DNA of 64,000 bases from Octopus sinensis (lineage: Eukaryota): contig NC_042999.1 of assembly GCF_006345805.1 (NCBI RefSeq), positions 154,256,001 to 154,320,000 on the forward strand, written 5' to 3'. The notes under the pieces are model-generated. The model did no database searches and was not told the origin of the DNA. It was given only the letters and a program-made list of their open reading frames with translations. Position 1 is the first letter of the stretch; the number at the start of each line of letters is the position of its first letter. Positions 50,211 through 62,330 of this stretch are shown one piece after another. The position numbers and the translations under genes are program-made.

Positions 50211-51052
50211 ACATCAACTTCCTTATAAACCCAACTGGAACCCTAAGATATATGCATATGCATATGTGTGTATGTATATACATAAATAGAAACATTCTTG
50301 CATCCAGATTTTCCAACCCATACCAGAATGGGAATCAAGCATTGGACAATGATGATGATGATGATGATGATAAGTCCAAACAATTTTTTGAAAAATAACA
50401 TTCATTATCCCTCATCAAAACAGACCCCCCCTTAGAGTATCACCTGGTCTTGCCATTTTTACAGACTAAGAATCAACTTGTCATCTATTGAAAGAACTGA
50501 CCCACTGTATAGATATAAACACATTTTTCTTCTTTCTTTCTTCCTTCCTTTCTTTCCTTCTTTTTCCATTGACATTAAAAAAAAACACATTTTTTCACTT
50601 TGAAAACATTTTTCTTTCAGACCCCCTGGTGAGCTGGCTGAACCAAAGTTATTAAATCTGTTCTAGCCACCTACTTAAAAATATATATATTCTTTTCCTT
50701 TTCTTTTTGTCTCTTGTTCAAAATGCTTCCTTTCAGATACACACACACACATACACACGCACACTCAAACACACACTCTCACTTTCTCCTTACACTCTCT
50801 TCCCATTCCTCTCCCTCTTTTCCTACCTTATATACTCCATATTACTCTTCTTTCCTCCCTCTTTCTCTCCACCCAACCCATTCACTAATACTATAGAAAG
50901 AGAAAAATCCCTTCACAAAATTTAAATCTGAAGAATCTATTATATGTGATTTGTGAAAATATGTGACTTATTAATAAATGTTTGTATATGTACAATCATG
51001 CTTATCTCTGAGTACCTTATTTTTTCTTGTATATATATATATATATATATAT

Positions 51053-51233
51053 ACAATTGCAGCGTGGAAGGTGTTTGTAAGCCATTTAAGAAACACACAA
51101 AAGCCGTACGATTCACTTCAACATTTAAGTTTAATTTGTCATTTTGACAAATTAAACTTAAATGTTGAAGTGAATCGAACGGCTTTTGTGTGTTTCTTAA
51201 ATGGCTTACAAACACCTTCCACGCTGCAATTGT
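51053..51233. other. Near-perfect palindrome with 89-bp arms and a 3-nt loop (one mismatch) between (TA)n runs
   Basis: ACAATTGCAGCGTGG...AATTTGTCA-ttt-TGACAAATT...CCACGCTGCAATTGT. Confidence 0.95.
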
Positions 51234-51297
51234 TTTCGTTTCGGCACACGATCTCAGATAAAATCACTTGCTATGCGAGTACATCTCCGTAATATAT

Positions 51298-51334
<37 letters not shown>

Positions 51335-52173
51335 GCATTTCTCCTACAAGTCTGCCTTGGACTCTGAGTCACGGTGAAGGCAACTAACCTAGAAGTTGGA
51401 GAACTCTAATAAGAAAAGCCTGGGGTATGTTTATGCTTTCCATTGAGTTTGTGGCGAAGATTTGCTCCAATTTTCTGCAACCAACACCGCCAAAATATGC
51501 GACTGATCCTAAACAAACTTTCACAACTGAAAACAAGTCTTCTGTGTGGGTAGTCTAACAGCTATCTTGGTTGTTGGACGGGAAAATCCGGTATAATATA
51601 TTATGTAATATTATAAATCTAGTCTCATGACAGCCAATTCACGTTACCGAACGGTTTCATGTTAAAGAGCCTGCCAACTTTGGAAAGGTAAGTTGATAAC
51701 AAAATCAGGAATTATCTAATTTGAGAAAAACTATTTTATTCGGATGTGTATATTTTAAACATAATAGATTACGATGCAGCAATCTCCCCTTTCTCCAAGT
51801 GTCCTGATGAAGTTCTAGTTCCAAAATATCGAAGAAATCCGAGGTAAAACATTAACTTTTATTCTATTTTCACGCATGCGTTTCATTCATTTTGTATTGT
51901 TTCGGCTTTTCAGCAAGTTTTAATCTAATTCAATATCACACAGTGTTTCGCCCGAACAACTCTGTATTAATATTTATTAGTAGCTAGGTTTTTAGTACTC
52001 CGTGAACGAAATAGACCAATGCGAACTGACCTTGTTGTTGGCTACAATCAATAACAAGGTAAGCAGTGTTACTACCATAGCCGTTTTAATAAATTACAGC
52101 AAAGCAACCAATGAGATAAGATTGCAATTGTCCGAGATATGTATAAGTTTGAGATATGTATGTCTGTGTGTGT

Positions 52174-52212
<39 letters not shown>

Positions 52213-52689
52213 TGGGAGAGAGAGAATGAGAGAGAGGATATATGTGTATGCGTGAACGAGTGTACTCATGCGTACGTGTATGTGTGCGCACGCGTGTGTA
52301 GTTGTGGAGTGGGGCAGAAATTCATGATTCTCAATAGTACTAACAAGCAGTATTACGCAGTATTAGTTGAGATTTAACGTGTAGCTGCACTTGTTGCACT
52401 TACACAACGAAGACCGTGCTTATCACGTCTTTTATCAAGACATTGTGTATCTAAGCTTATACTTTCTGCCGTCTGTAGTTGTTTTCGAAAAGAATATAAG
52501 AATAAGGTGTGGTTTTAGAGGTATTTCGGTGCTCTTTTAACGAGTCAAGAGATGCTTTATGTGGAGTTCTCACCAAGTTCAACTTTACCATTTATCCAAG
52601 CTGAATAAGTACCAGTCATATACTGAGCTTGATTAATTAGATTCCATTACACCGCCTGAATGTGTGCCCGCATGCATTTTTATTGTTTA

Positions 52690-53010
52690 CAAACATTAAG
52701 CCACGGCCATGCTGGGGCACCGCTTTGAAGAATTTTAAGTTAAATGTAATCGATCGCAGTACTTAATTTTGTAAAAAAAAAAAGGCCTGATACTTACTCC
52801 ATCGCTCGCTTTTTGCCTAACTGTTAAGTTACAGAGACGTCAACACACCAACACTAATTCTCAAGTGGAGGTGAGAGACAAACACAGACACAAACACACA
52901 CAAACATACACACACGCACGCACGCACACACACACCACACACACACACAGAAGGGGGTTCTTTCAGTTTCTGTCTACGAAATCCCTAGACAAAGCTTTGG
53001 TCGACCTGAG
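52690..53010 (-). mobile_element. Diverged SINE A
   Basis: GGCCATGCTGGGGCACCGC ... TTCTTTCAGTTTCTGTCTACGAAATCC. Confidence 0.7.
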
Positions 53011-53869
53011 GGTATAATATTTATATATATATATACACACATATATATATGTATATGTATATCTACCTATCTCTCTCTATATATGTATACACACACACAC
53101 ACACACACAAACACATATAGATGAAAAATTGAAAATGGAGACAAACGCTCAAGATGTTATTAAATCATTTATATCTCCATATCATCGACATATGTTTCTA
53201 TGGATGCATTCAAAATAAATCCGACAGGAAGACAATGTGGAGCAATGCATCAATCACATCAGGGAGGATATAAACAACGGCGTGCATCAATTAGACATTT
53301 TAACTGATATAAGAAACTCCAATATATGTGACGTATATATATACATATACATAAATACACCCATACACATATAAACACACATATACATACACACACATAC
53401 ATATACACATGCACATGCACACATATATAAATATACATGATAAATATACATGCATATACATACAGGAACATCTACAAACATACAGGCTTATACATATATG
53501 GAGAGCGAAGTTGTGAAGGAACCGCTAGTAATTTTAAAATGCCGTTGAAGAACTAGACGTCATAGGGCAAGGGAAGAAGAGAAGGTATTAAAGGAGAAAG
53601 AGCAAATAGAGAATATATGATATGTGAAAAGGAAAGATGAAGGAAAGAATAGGGGGTATGGGAAGTGAGAATAAAGAAATTATTATTAGGTGAGGGGTAG
53701 ATATTTAAAAAAGCAAAAGAGTGTTTTTTTTTCCAATACAAACACCTGTAAACACGTTCATTAAACGTGTTGACCAGTTTATGTTTAGAAAAGAGAATAG
53801 ATAGTTGTTCGTCCGTACAAGAGGACAGAAAGATTTCCCTTTGTCATAAGGAAATGATCTTGATAACAT

Positions 53870-54030
53870 TTTCCAATCTAAAGAATGTTTATTAGAGTCT
53901 TTAGATCCAGAGGTAATTTTGCATTGGTAAACAACATTTTTAATACGGCAATTTCCATTGAGGACGCAAGTTTTATTTGGGCCACAGTTGGAAGGACTAA
54001 TATCATTGATATTATTATTGAGGCTATCTT
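53870..54030 (-). pseudogene. Penelope-like GIY-YIG N-terminal fragment
   Basis: KIASIIIS...NCGPNKTCVLNGNCRIKNVVYQCKITS matches the PLE CxCx..CPLxGxC..VVY pattern. Confidence 0.7.
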
Positions 54031-54181
54031 TGACTTTTGTTCTTTCAGGGTCGATAAATAAAGTACTAATTTGTGGTTGTGGACTGGTAGAAGTGTCACA
54101 GCCTCAGATCGGGTGTCTTGTGGTGTTTGTTCCAGATCTTTATGCTGTAGTTTCAAATCCAACCATGGCCTTCCTCACATG

Positions 54182-54355
54182 TTAGATTTTACCCATCAGC
54201 CAGTTTAACACCATCACCTGAACTTTGGTTTCTTTTAAGTGAGATTCTTCTGTTTCAAGTATTTGGGCCAGGTTTAAGACTTGAAGATATCTTCCTTGCA
54301 CCCTTATATCAGTCTTGAAGGTTCTTAAACGGGACATGAGTGCTGATTTACCCTC
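54182..54355 (-). CDS. Candidate terminal coding exon (EGKSALMSRLRTFKTDIRVQGRYLQVLNLAQILETEESHLKETKVQVMVLNWLMGKI*)
   Basis: Pyrimidine-rich acceptor CTTTTTCTTTTTATCCTTACTCAGTCAG|; 57 open codons in phase with the 57798 exon; AATAAA on the minus strand at about 53890 and 53975; the CpG-depleted domain ends just beyond. Confidence 0.5.
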   Translation of the reverse strand, partial: EGKSALMSRLRTFKTDIRVQGRYLQVLNLAQILETEESHLKETKVQVMVLNWLMGKI

Positions 54356-54879
54356 CTGACTGAGTAAGGATAAAAAGAAAAAGGCCAGGATTTGTTTAAA
54401 GACTTAATACATAAATAATCTCTTTATCGCCAGATGAATTTACTTATGAATAGTTTTATTTTTCATTGTCAATAATTGATTAAAGACCGCAAGCTGGCAA
54501 AAGCATTAGCATGCTGGACAAAATGCTTTATGGCATTTCTTCCAGCTTTACATTCTGAGTTCAAATTCCACCAAGGTCGACTTTGCTTTTCACTTGTTTG
54601 CTTTTCCTTATTTTGATAAAATAAGTCTCAGTCTAACGCTGAGGTCAATATAATCAACTAACCCCTTCCTCTTACAATTGCTGGCCTTGTGTCTGTAGTA
54701 GAAAAGATTATCAATAATTGATGAAAGGAAGTTCCACTAGAACCTTAGTTGGCCTGGGGCTATAGCAGAAGACACTTACTCAAGGTGCCATGCAGTGGGA
54801 CTGAACCTGGAACCATGTGGTTGGGAAGTAAATCTCTTAACCACATGGCCTCTTCTACACGCCATCTAATATATTGGCT

Positions 54880-55250
54880 TCAAATTTTGGCACAAAGCCA
54901 GCAAGTTTGGCAGAAGGGTTTAATTGCTTTATTGCCCATAAGGGGCTAAACGTAGAGGGGACAAACAAGGACAGACAAAGAGATGAAGTCGATTACATCG
55001 ACCCCAGTGTGCAACTGGTACTTAATTTATCAACCCCGAAAGGATGAAAGGCAAAGTCGACCTTGGCGGAATTTGAACTCAGATGGGTTTAAGTTGATTG
55101 CACTGACCTCAGTACTCAACTTAATTGGCCCTGAAAAGGATGAAAGGTAAAGTCAACCTCGGTGGAATTTGAACTCGGAACATAAAGTCAGGCAAAATGC
55201 CACTATGCAATTTACCCAGTGACCTAATGATTCTGCAAGCTCACCACTTC
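54880..55250 (-). mobile_element. Older SINE B interrupted by a younger, 5'-truncated SINE B in the same orientation
   Basis: Direct repeat GGGTTTAA at about 54916-54923 and 55085-55092 flanks the inner copy. Confidence 0.7.
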
Positions 55251-56637
55251 CCCACTATTTAATATATTAATATAGATTAGGAGTAATGCAAAGGTTCCGA
55301 GTAATACCTGAGATATAACACTAATAGCTCCTTTGTGGTCAGCATCATATCACAGCCACTGCTCCAACAGGATGGATCTCAGATGCTGTTTCAATTCCAT
55401 TCTAAAGATATTTCACTTCCCTTAAAAGTGAAGGCTCATAGCCTAGTGGTTAGGGCATTTAGCTTAAGATCATAAGGTCATTAGATCAATTTCTGGACTT
55501 GATAGTGCATTGTATCCTTAAGCAAGGCACTTCATTTCTAGATGGCCCAATCTACTCAGCTGTAAATGAGTGCCAGCTGGGTTCTGGTGTAGTTTTTTCT
55601 CTCTCTGGCTGTCACATCCTAGATGTGCCACAAGGGAACCAAAAGTGTGTCTATCCTCTTAACTACACTGGTATTTAAAACATTTAGCAAAAGCAGGGTA
55701 CATGGTACCAAGCCATATTCATTCATGAGGGTTTGTTGGCTGTACCACATTAATAACATCATTTGAGTGTGACCGATGCCAGTACCCATTTGAATGTGAC
55801 TGATACCAGTGCTACCTGACTGGCACCCTTGCCAGTGGCATGTAAAAAGCACCATTCAAGCATGGCTAATGCTTAAGTAACAGTTAAATTAAGTAACAGT
55901 TGTGTACTGGGATCGATCTAATTGACTGGCCTCCTCCCCTAAAATTTCGGACCTTGTGCCTAGAGTAGAAACGAATATCTGATTTGAGTCTGTTGAGGTC
56001 AACTTTGCCTTTCATCCTTTCAGGGTTGATAAATTAAGTACCAGTTGTGTACTGGGGTTGATCTTATCAACTGAGCCATTCCCCCAAAATTTCAGATCTT
56101 GGGTCTAGTGTAGAGAAGAATATCTGATTTGAGTGAGAATTGGCCACTATTTCTAACAGATTTTCTCATACTCATGCTTTGAGATATTCTTCAATGGTTG
56201 AAGAATATCCCAAAATTCAATAATTGTGTTTATTGAAATTGAAAAACGAGGAAATGTATCACAGACATGGCAACTCAGGAACTTGCTTTCCACTCTTTTT
56301 TCCTTAAAACCTCTTCAATATCAATTTGCCTTAGACCACCCTTGATTTTATTATATTAACTTCCTGTTTAAATTTCCCATCAAAATTTCATGTTAATTTA
56401 TGTTCCAAATACCAACTTAATAATGGCAAAATTTTTTCCACTAAATTCTTCATTATTTTCAAAATTAATTTAAACAGAAGCAATGTACTTCAACAGAAAT
56501 ATCATTACAAAAGATTTAAGATTATCTAAAAACCTTCCATAAAAATTTATCAATTTATGTTCCAAACACCAGCTAAATAATGAGAAAGTTATTTTACTAA
56601 ATTCTTTAATATTTTCAAAATAAATTGAAACACTCCT

Positions 56638-57055
56638 ATAGGCGCAGGAGTGGCTGTGTGGTAAGTAGCTTGCTTACCAACCACATGGTTCCGGGTTCAG
56701 TCCCACTGTGTGACATCTTGGGCAAGTGTCATCTACTATAGCTTCAAGCCAACCAAAGCCTTTTGAGTGGATTTGGTAGACGGAAACTGAAAGAAACCCG
56801 TCGTATATATGTATATATATATGTGTGTGTGTGTGTGCATGTTTGTGTGTCTGTGTTTGTACTCCTAGCATTGCTTGACAACCGATGCTGGTGTGTTTAC
56901 GTCGCCGTCACTTAGCGGTTCGGCAAAAGAGACCGATAGAATAAGTACTGGGCTTACAAAGAATAAGTCCCGGGGTCGATTTGCTCGACTAAAGGCGGTG
57001 CTCCAGCATGGCCGCAGTCAAAGGACTGAAACAAGTAAAAGAGTAAAGAGTAAAG
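56638..57055 (+). mobile_element. SINE family A, full length, young
   Basis: GGCGCAGGAGTGGCTGTGTGG head; tail (AAAGAGT)2. Confidence 0.9.
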
Positions 57056-57797
57056 ACAGGGTATTTTTACATGACTGTGGTAACAAAGGATGTAAAGTGG
57101 TCTAAATTAAACCTTCCTTCAAAATTTGATGTTAATTTATGTTCCAAACACCAGCTAAATAATAGATGATACAGGGAAAACAAGGATGGGTCATTCAAAG
57201 TTTTCTTTCTTTAGTCAAGCACCAGATTATCCTCGCAATTTTGGCTGATTATTCTTGAGATTGCTCCAATCTGGCCAGCCCCAAGGAAAAACTAAGCTAA
57301 GCATTAGATTCCTTGGAAGAAAGCAGCGAATGTATACAAAAACAAGGACAGAAAAACTAGACAATGTTACACAAATATAAATACAATAAAAGTGATAACA
57401 GGACATAACAACAGGTATCTTTCGACTAAGGATGAATTGAATTAAGCTGGCGTGTGTGGAAATGAAGCCTTATGGTAGAGATACAAAGATTTCACAAAAC
57501 ACAGGGAAGAATATCGATATTGTACGGACCACAGTCAGACCAAGAAAGAAAGAGCAAGCAGGCTTGGCCAATCGGTCACATGAGAAGAGAAGAGAGAGAA
57601 GTAGAAGCAGAGGGACAGGAGAATTAAGGAGGGGCAAGAAAAAATGATCTATAAATATGCATTTTTGTATTTGTGTGTACCCTTGAGCAGACGTCATGTG
57701 ATAGTTGTAAATGAACGTCATCGTTACAGAAGTGAGGTTGTTTATTTTCAGTCCTTCATAAAAAAAAACAAAACAAAAAAACATGAGAGAATATTAC

Positions 57798-57872
57798 CTT
57801 GCTCAGAAACAGGTGATGGTTTGCAACAGGAAAAGTATCCAGCTTCAGAAGATCTGTCTCAATAAACACTAT
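57798..57872 (-). CDS. Candidate internal 75-nt exon (IVFIETDLLKLDTFPVANHHLFLSK) of an unidentified gene entering from the right
   Basis: Strong acceptor CCACTTTTCCATTGGCCAG| and strong donor AAG|GTAATA; only frame 0 is open; unique sequence. Confidence 0.6.
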
Positions 57873-57899
57873 CTGGCCAATGGAAAAGTGGACATTAAA

Positions 57900-57940
<41 letters not shown>

Positions 57941-58050
57941 ATTGATGATGATGATGATGATGATGATATTGATGATGATGATGATGATGATGATGATGAC
58001 AAGGATTACAATGACCATGTCAATGATGATGACAACGATGATGATGATAC
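57900..58050 (+). repeat. (GAT)n microsatellite
   Basis: Direct inspection; source of the poly-Met ORF artefact. Confidence 0.95.
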
Positions 58051-58743
58051 TTCACAAATAATTTTTTTAAAATTTGGTATGGTGTAAGGAGCTACGTCTA
58101 TGGCATTTGTAGGATTTTGGGGATTAAAACTAATCCAGATAATGAAATTAATAATGTAGATAATGAGGTTAATAAATAGTCCAGATAATTAGCTGAATGT
58201 TTCATAAAATAATAAAGTTGCTGTTCAGAATAATTTTCTAATTCTGATGAAAGGAAATTAACTCAGGAAAGAAAATGACTGAAAAAAATCATAATTTTGG
58301 TTAGAAAAAATTTTAATGGAAGAAAAAGATGTTGCATTTCATTTAAATATCATAAATAATAATTAAGATAATTATAAAAATAGGCACAGGCATGCTGGGT
58401 GGTTCAGTCTTGTGGTTTCAGGTTCATTCCCACTGCACAGCACCTTAGACAAGCGTCTTCTATTATAGCCACTGATTGACCAATGCCTTGTGAGTGAATT
58501 TGATAGATGGAGACTGTGTGGATGCCTTTCATGTATGTCTATGGTTGTCCCCCTCCCCACCACTACTTGATAACTGGAGTTGGTTTGTTTACATACCTGT
58601 AACTTAGTGGTTCATCAAATAAGTTCCAGACTTGAAAAATAAGAACTGGGGTGGGGTCAACTGTTCAGCTAAAATCCTTCAAGGTGGTGCTCCAGCATGA
58701 CCACAGTCAAATGACTGAAAGAAGCAAAAGAAATATATTCAAA

Positions 58744-58744
<1 letters not shown>

Positions 58745-58786
<42 letters not shown>

Positions 58787-59026
58787 TAAGGCAGTGAGCT
58801 GGCAGAATGGTTAGCATGCTGGGTGAAATGCCTAGCAGTATTTCATCTGTCTTTACGGTCTGAGTTCAAATTCCGCCAGGGTCGACTTTGCCTTTCATCC
58901 TTTCAGGGTTAATAAAATAAGTAACAGTTGAGTCGTGGGGTAGATGTAATCGACTGGCCCCCTTCAACCCCAACTTTCAGGCCTTGTGCCTATAGAAGAA
59001 AGGATTATTATTATTATTATTATTAC

Positions 59027-59058
<32 letters not shown>

Positions 59059-59384
59059 TATTATTATTATTATTATTTTATTATTATTATTATTTTATTA
59101 TTATTATTATTATTATTATTAAGGCAGTGAGCTGGCAGAATGGTTAGCATGCTGGGTGAAATGCCTAGCAGTATTTCATCTGTCTTTACGGTCTGAGTTC
59201 AAATTCCGCCAGGTCGACTTTGCCTTTCATCCTTTCAGGGTAATAAAATAAGTAACAGTTGAGTCGTGGGGTAGATGTAATCGACTGGCCCCCTTCAACC
59301 CCAACTTTCAGGCCTTGTGCCTATAGAAAAAAGGATTATTATTATTATTATTATTACTATTATTATTATTATTATTATTATTAA

Positions 59385-59450
<66 letters not shown>

Positions 59451-59690
59451 GGCAGTGAGCTGGCAGAATGGTTAGCATGCTGGGTGAAATGCCTAGCAGT
59501 ATTTCATCTGTCTTTACGGTCTGAGTTCAAATTCCGCCAGGGTCGACTTTGCCTTTCATCCTTTCAGGGTTAATAAAATAAGTAACAGTTGAGTCGTGGG
59601 GTAGATGTAATCGACTGGCCCCCTTCAACCCCAAATTTCAGGCCTTGTGCCTATAGAAGAAAGGATTATTATTATTATTATTATTATTAC

Positions 59691-59769
<79 letters not shown>

Positions 59770-59770
59770 T
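58745..59770 (+). repeat. Three near-identical SINE B copies (starting 58790, 59123, 59451) separated by (TTA)n tracts
   Basis: All three share private variants (GGCAGTGAG, TTTACGGTCTGAG, GAGTCGTGGGGTAG). Confidence 0.9.
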
Positions 59771-60335
59771 ATGGGTTTTTCTTCTTCTTTCAAATTTGCT
59801 TCCATTTCTTGCCGAGTGTCGTCCCGACTCCTAGGGCAAAGAAACTCATAGTATACATTGGTAGGCCATTAAACTAAACTCAATAGTTAGTTAATTATTA
59901 TTTTTTTTTTTTTAAGTTAAATTAAAATACATGGGTAGTAATAGTTCTCACATCGACAATGCTCTTCTCAATACGTGTGATGTACCAGTTAAGACAATCT
60001 TTTGCACTTCTTGCAGGGATGGTAAGCCAGAGATCATTCTCATATAATTTTCGGTTCCCTTCTTGATCATTCCTAGTGCTCCTACGATCACTGGTATTGT
60101 AACCACATTGAGATGCCACATTTTCTCAATTTCAATGAGCAGGTCTTTATATTTTCTGAGCTTGTCAAACTCTTTCGCCGAGATATTATGATCACAGGGG
60201 ATGCTCATGTCGATCAATAAGTAAATTTTATTGTTTTGGTCTTTCACAACAATATCTGGTTTATTGACTTTGATGGTTCGGTCTGTATGTACTGGAAAGT
60301 CCCACAGAATCGTTACATTTTCTCCTTCTATTATT
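59771..60335 (-). mobile_element. R4/Dong-like LINE 3' end, 5' truncated, with (TAA)n tail
   Basis: ILWDFPVHTDRTIKVNKPDIVVKD...LIDMSIPCD...KLRKYKDL.IEIEKMW...PVIVGALG...GTSHVLRRALSM*. Confidence 0.9.
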
Positions 60336-60344
60336 ATTATTACT

Positions 60345-60597
60345 TTTTTTTTTTCTTCTTTCAAATTTGCTTCCATTTCTTGCCGAGTGTCTTCCCGACT
60401 CCTTGGGCAAAGAAACTCATAGTATACATTGGTAGGCCATTAAACCAAACTCAATAGTTTGTTCATTTTATTTTTTTTTTTTTTTAAAGTTAAATTAAAA
60501 TACATGACCAGCAACAGTTCTCACATCGACAATGCTCTTCTCAATACGTGTGATGTACCAGTTAAGACAATCTTTTGCACTTCTTGCAGGGATCTTG
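60345..60597 (-). mobile_element. Second, shorter copy of the same R4/Dong-like 3' end, directly upstream of the first
   Basis: SLQEVQKIVLTGTSHVLRRALSM* and 3' UTR repeated; (TAA)n at both junctions. Confidence 0.85.
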
Positions 60598-60605
60598 TAG
60601 GGATC

Positions 60606-60642
<37 letters not shown>

Positions 60643-60651
60643 TACTACTAC

Positions 60652-60723
<72 letters not shown>

Positions 60724-60736
60724 TATTATTATTATT

Positions 60737-61135
60737 AAGGCGGCAAGCTGGCAAAATCGCTAGCATGCCAGGTGGAATGCTTAGTGGTATATTGTCTTCC
60801 ATTACATTCTGAGTTCAAATTCCGCCGAGGTTCACTTTCATCCTTTCGGGGTCGATTAAATAAGTACCAGTTATGCACTGGGGTCAATATAATCGACTTA
60901 ATCTGTTTGTTTGTCCTTGTTTGTCCCCTCTGTGTTTAGCCCCTTGTGGGTAGTAAAGAAATAGGTATTTTGTCTTCTATTACATTCTGAGTTCAAATTC
61001 CGCCGAGGTCGACTTTGCCTTTCATCCTTTCGGGGTCGATAGAATTAGAACCAGTTATGCAATAGAGTCAATGTAATCAGCTTAATCCTTTCCTCCATAT
61101 TTAAGGCCTTGTGTTTCGAGTAGAAAGGATTATTT
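60737..61135 (+). mobile_element. SINE B dimer
   Basis: Same GAAATA|GGTATTT junction as the 19.5-kb trimer; both units share TCTTC.ATTACATTCTGAG. Confidence 0.85.
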
Positions 61136-61924
61136 TAAGCCATGGTGGTAGAGTCCTCAGCCATCTCCTCTATAGGGTCCTACAAGAAGCAACTATCAGT
61201 GCACTTTCCAACCAGATTCCCTGTAGAGGACCAACGTTGTTTCTCTATTAAACCTTTCTATAAATCTTTCAAAATGAAGGATATTTGGAGAATAAACCTT
61301 AAATAATCATTTAAAGATTTGAAAATTTTAGGATAAACTAAAAACAAACACAATCAAACATTATTAATTGGACCTTAACAATGAAAAAGTAAAAAATTTC
61401 CAGAATTCAAGTTTCGGAAATCTGCATGTTGATGCACTGGAATTACAAATATTATAAAATACGATAATAGCTTTGGATAATAATAAAACTGTAATGTCAA
61501 GCAAATAGAATTATGTAATGTTAGAGCACTTAATGTTCTCTAGAGTAATTCTTAAATCATGTAATTATTAGAGGAGGAAAAATTAAAGAATAGTAGAAAA
61601 ATGAGTGAGATGTCTTATAAATAAATAAATAAATAAATACAGAGATTTCTGAAATGCAAATATCAAATACAAATTTAAGCAAAGTCAACTGCTCTGCAAT
61701 TTAAGATTTGAATTTTAATCTCAAAATGACAGGTTTGTTTGTTCAGCAATGCTTCTGTTTCTTGGAACTGAAAGGCAATGGATAGATTCAGAGAAATGAG
61801 ACAAGCACTGAATGCATGAAAGAATTTTAAAGTCAAGAGAATGTGGCATATAAATATAAATACATACATATATGGTGGTGTCAGCTATAGTCTATATATA
61901 TATATATATATTATATATATATAT

Positions 61925-62330
61925 ACAAGATAAGAAAATGGAGAAATACATCTAAATCAAATATCAATTACCAGATAATACTCAATCACATACTTTATTA
62001 AACCACCACATAAGAGACTGTAGGGTTAAACATAAAAAAGCAGAACAAATCAGTGTACATAAAGGAATGTACATAAAAAAGTGTACATAAAAGAGTAATG
62101 TTGTATAATAAGTAGAATATATATAAAAAAGAGAATATAAATATAAGTAAATATAAATATAGGTATAGATTACGTCTTACAGCTGTTTCGGCCATGTAGA
62201 TAAGTATGTCTCATTTTACCAATATTAGCCTTTTATGGTAGGTCAATATATAGATATAAATGAGACATTTACAAAAATATCATAAGGCCTCTTCAGAGAT
62301 ATACATATACATATGAGTGCATATACTCAC
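61925..62330 (-). mobile_element. Penelope-type terminal-repeat element ending at (TA)n and carrying the intact hammerhead
   Basis: The end ATAAGAAAATGGAG next to (TA)n is shared with 12400-12580, which also has TTACAGCTGTTTC. Confidence 0.6.
62172..62302 (-). ncRNA. Type I hammerhead ribozyme motif with intact core and extended helix II
   Basis: Minus strand reads UCU-CUGAAGA-GGCC...(~105 nt)...GGCC-GAAA-CAGCUG-UA^AGA. Helix I UCU/AGA; helix III with palindromic ACAGCUGU; the loop II insert has an 11-bp stem ATGTCTCATTT/AAATGAGACAT. Confidence 0.7.

Noticed and set aside
53851-53912. Plus-strand exon NDLDNIFQSKECLLESLDPE with a GAG|GTAATT donor
   Set aside because: The opposite strand is better explained as a Penelope GIY-YIG fragment, and the acceptor is weak.
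55308-55401. Minus-strand exon with EF-hand-like YDADHKGAIS between the two candidate exons
   Set aside because: All frames contain a stop, and the frame in phase with the upstream exon terminates after 18 codons. At most a poison or pseudo-exon; there is no evidence for Sec recoding.
57783-58061. Plus-strand ORF with a poly-Met tract; likewise poly-Ile/Tyr/Asn ORFs at 40.8-41.2 and 58.9-60.8 kb
   Set aside because: These are (GAT)n and (TTA)n microsatellite artefacts.
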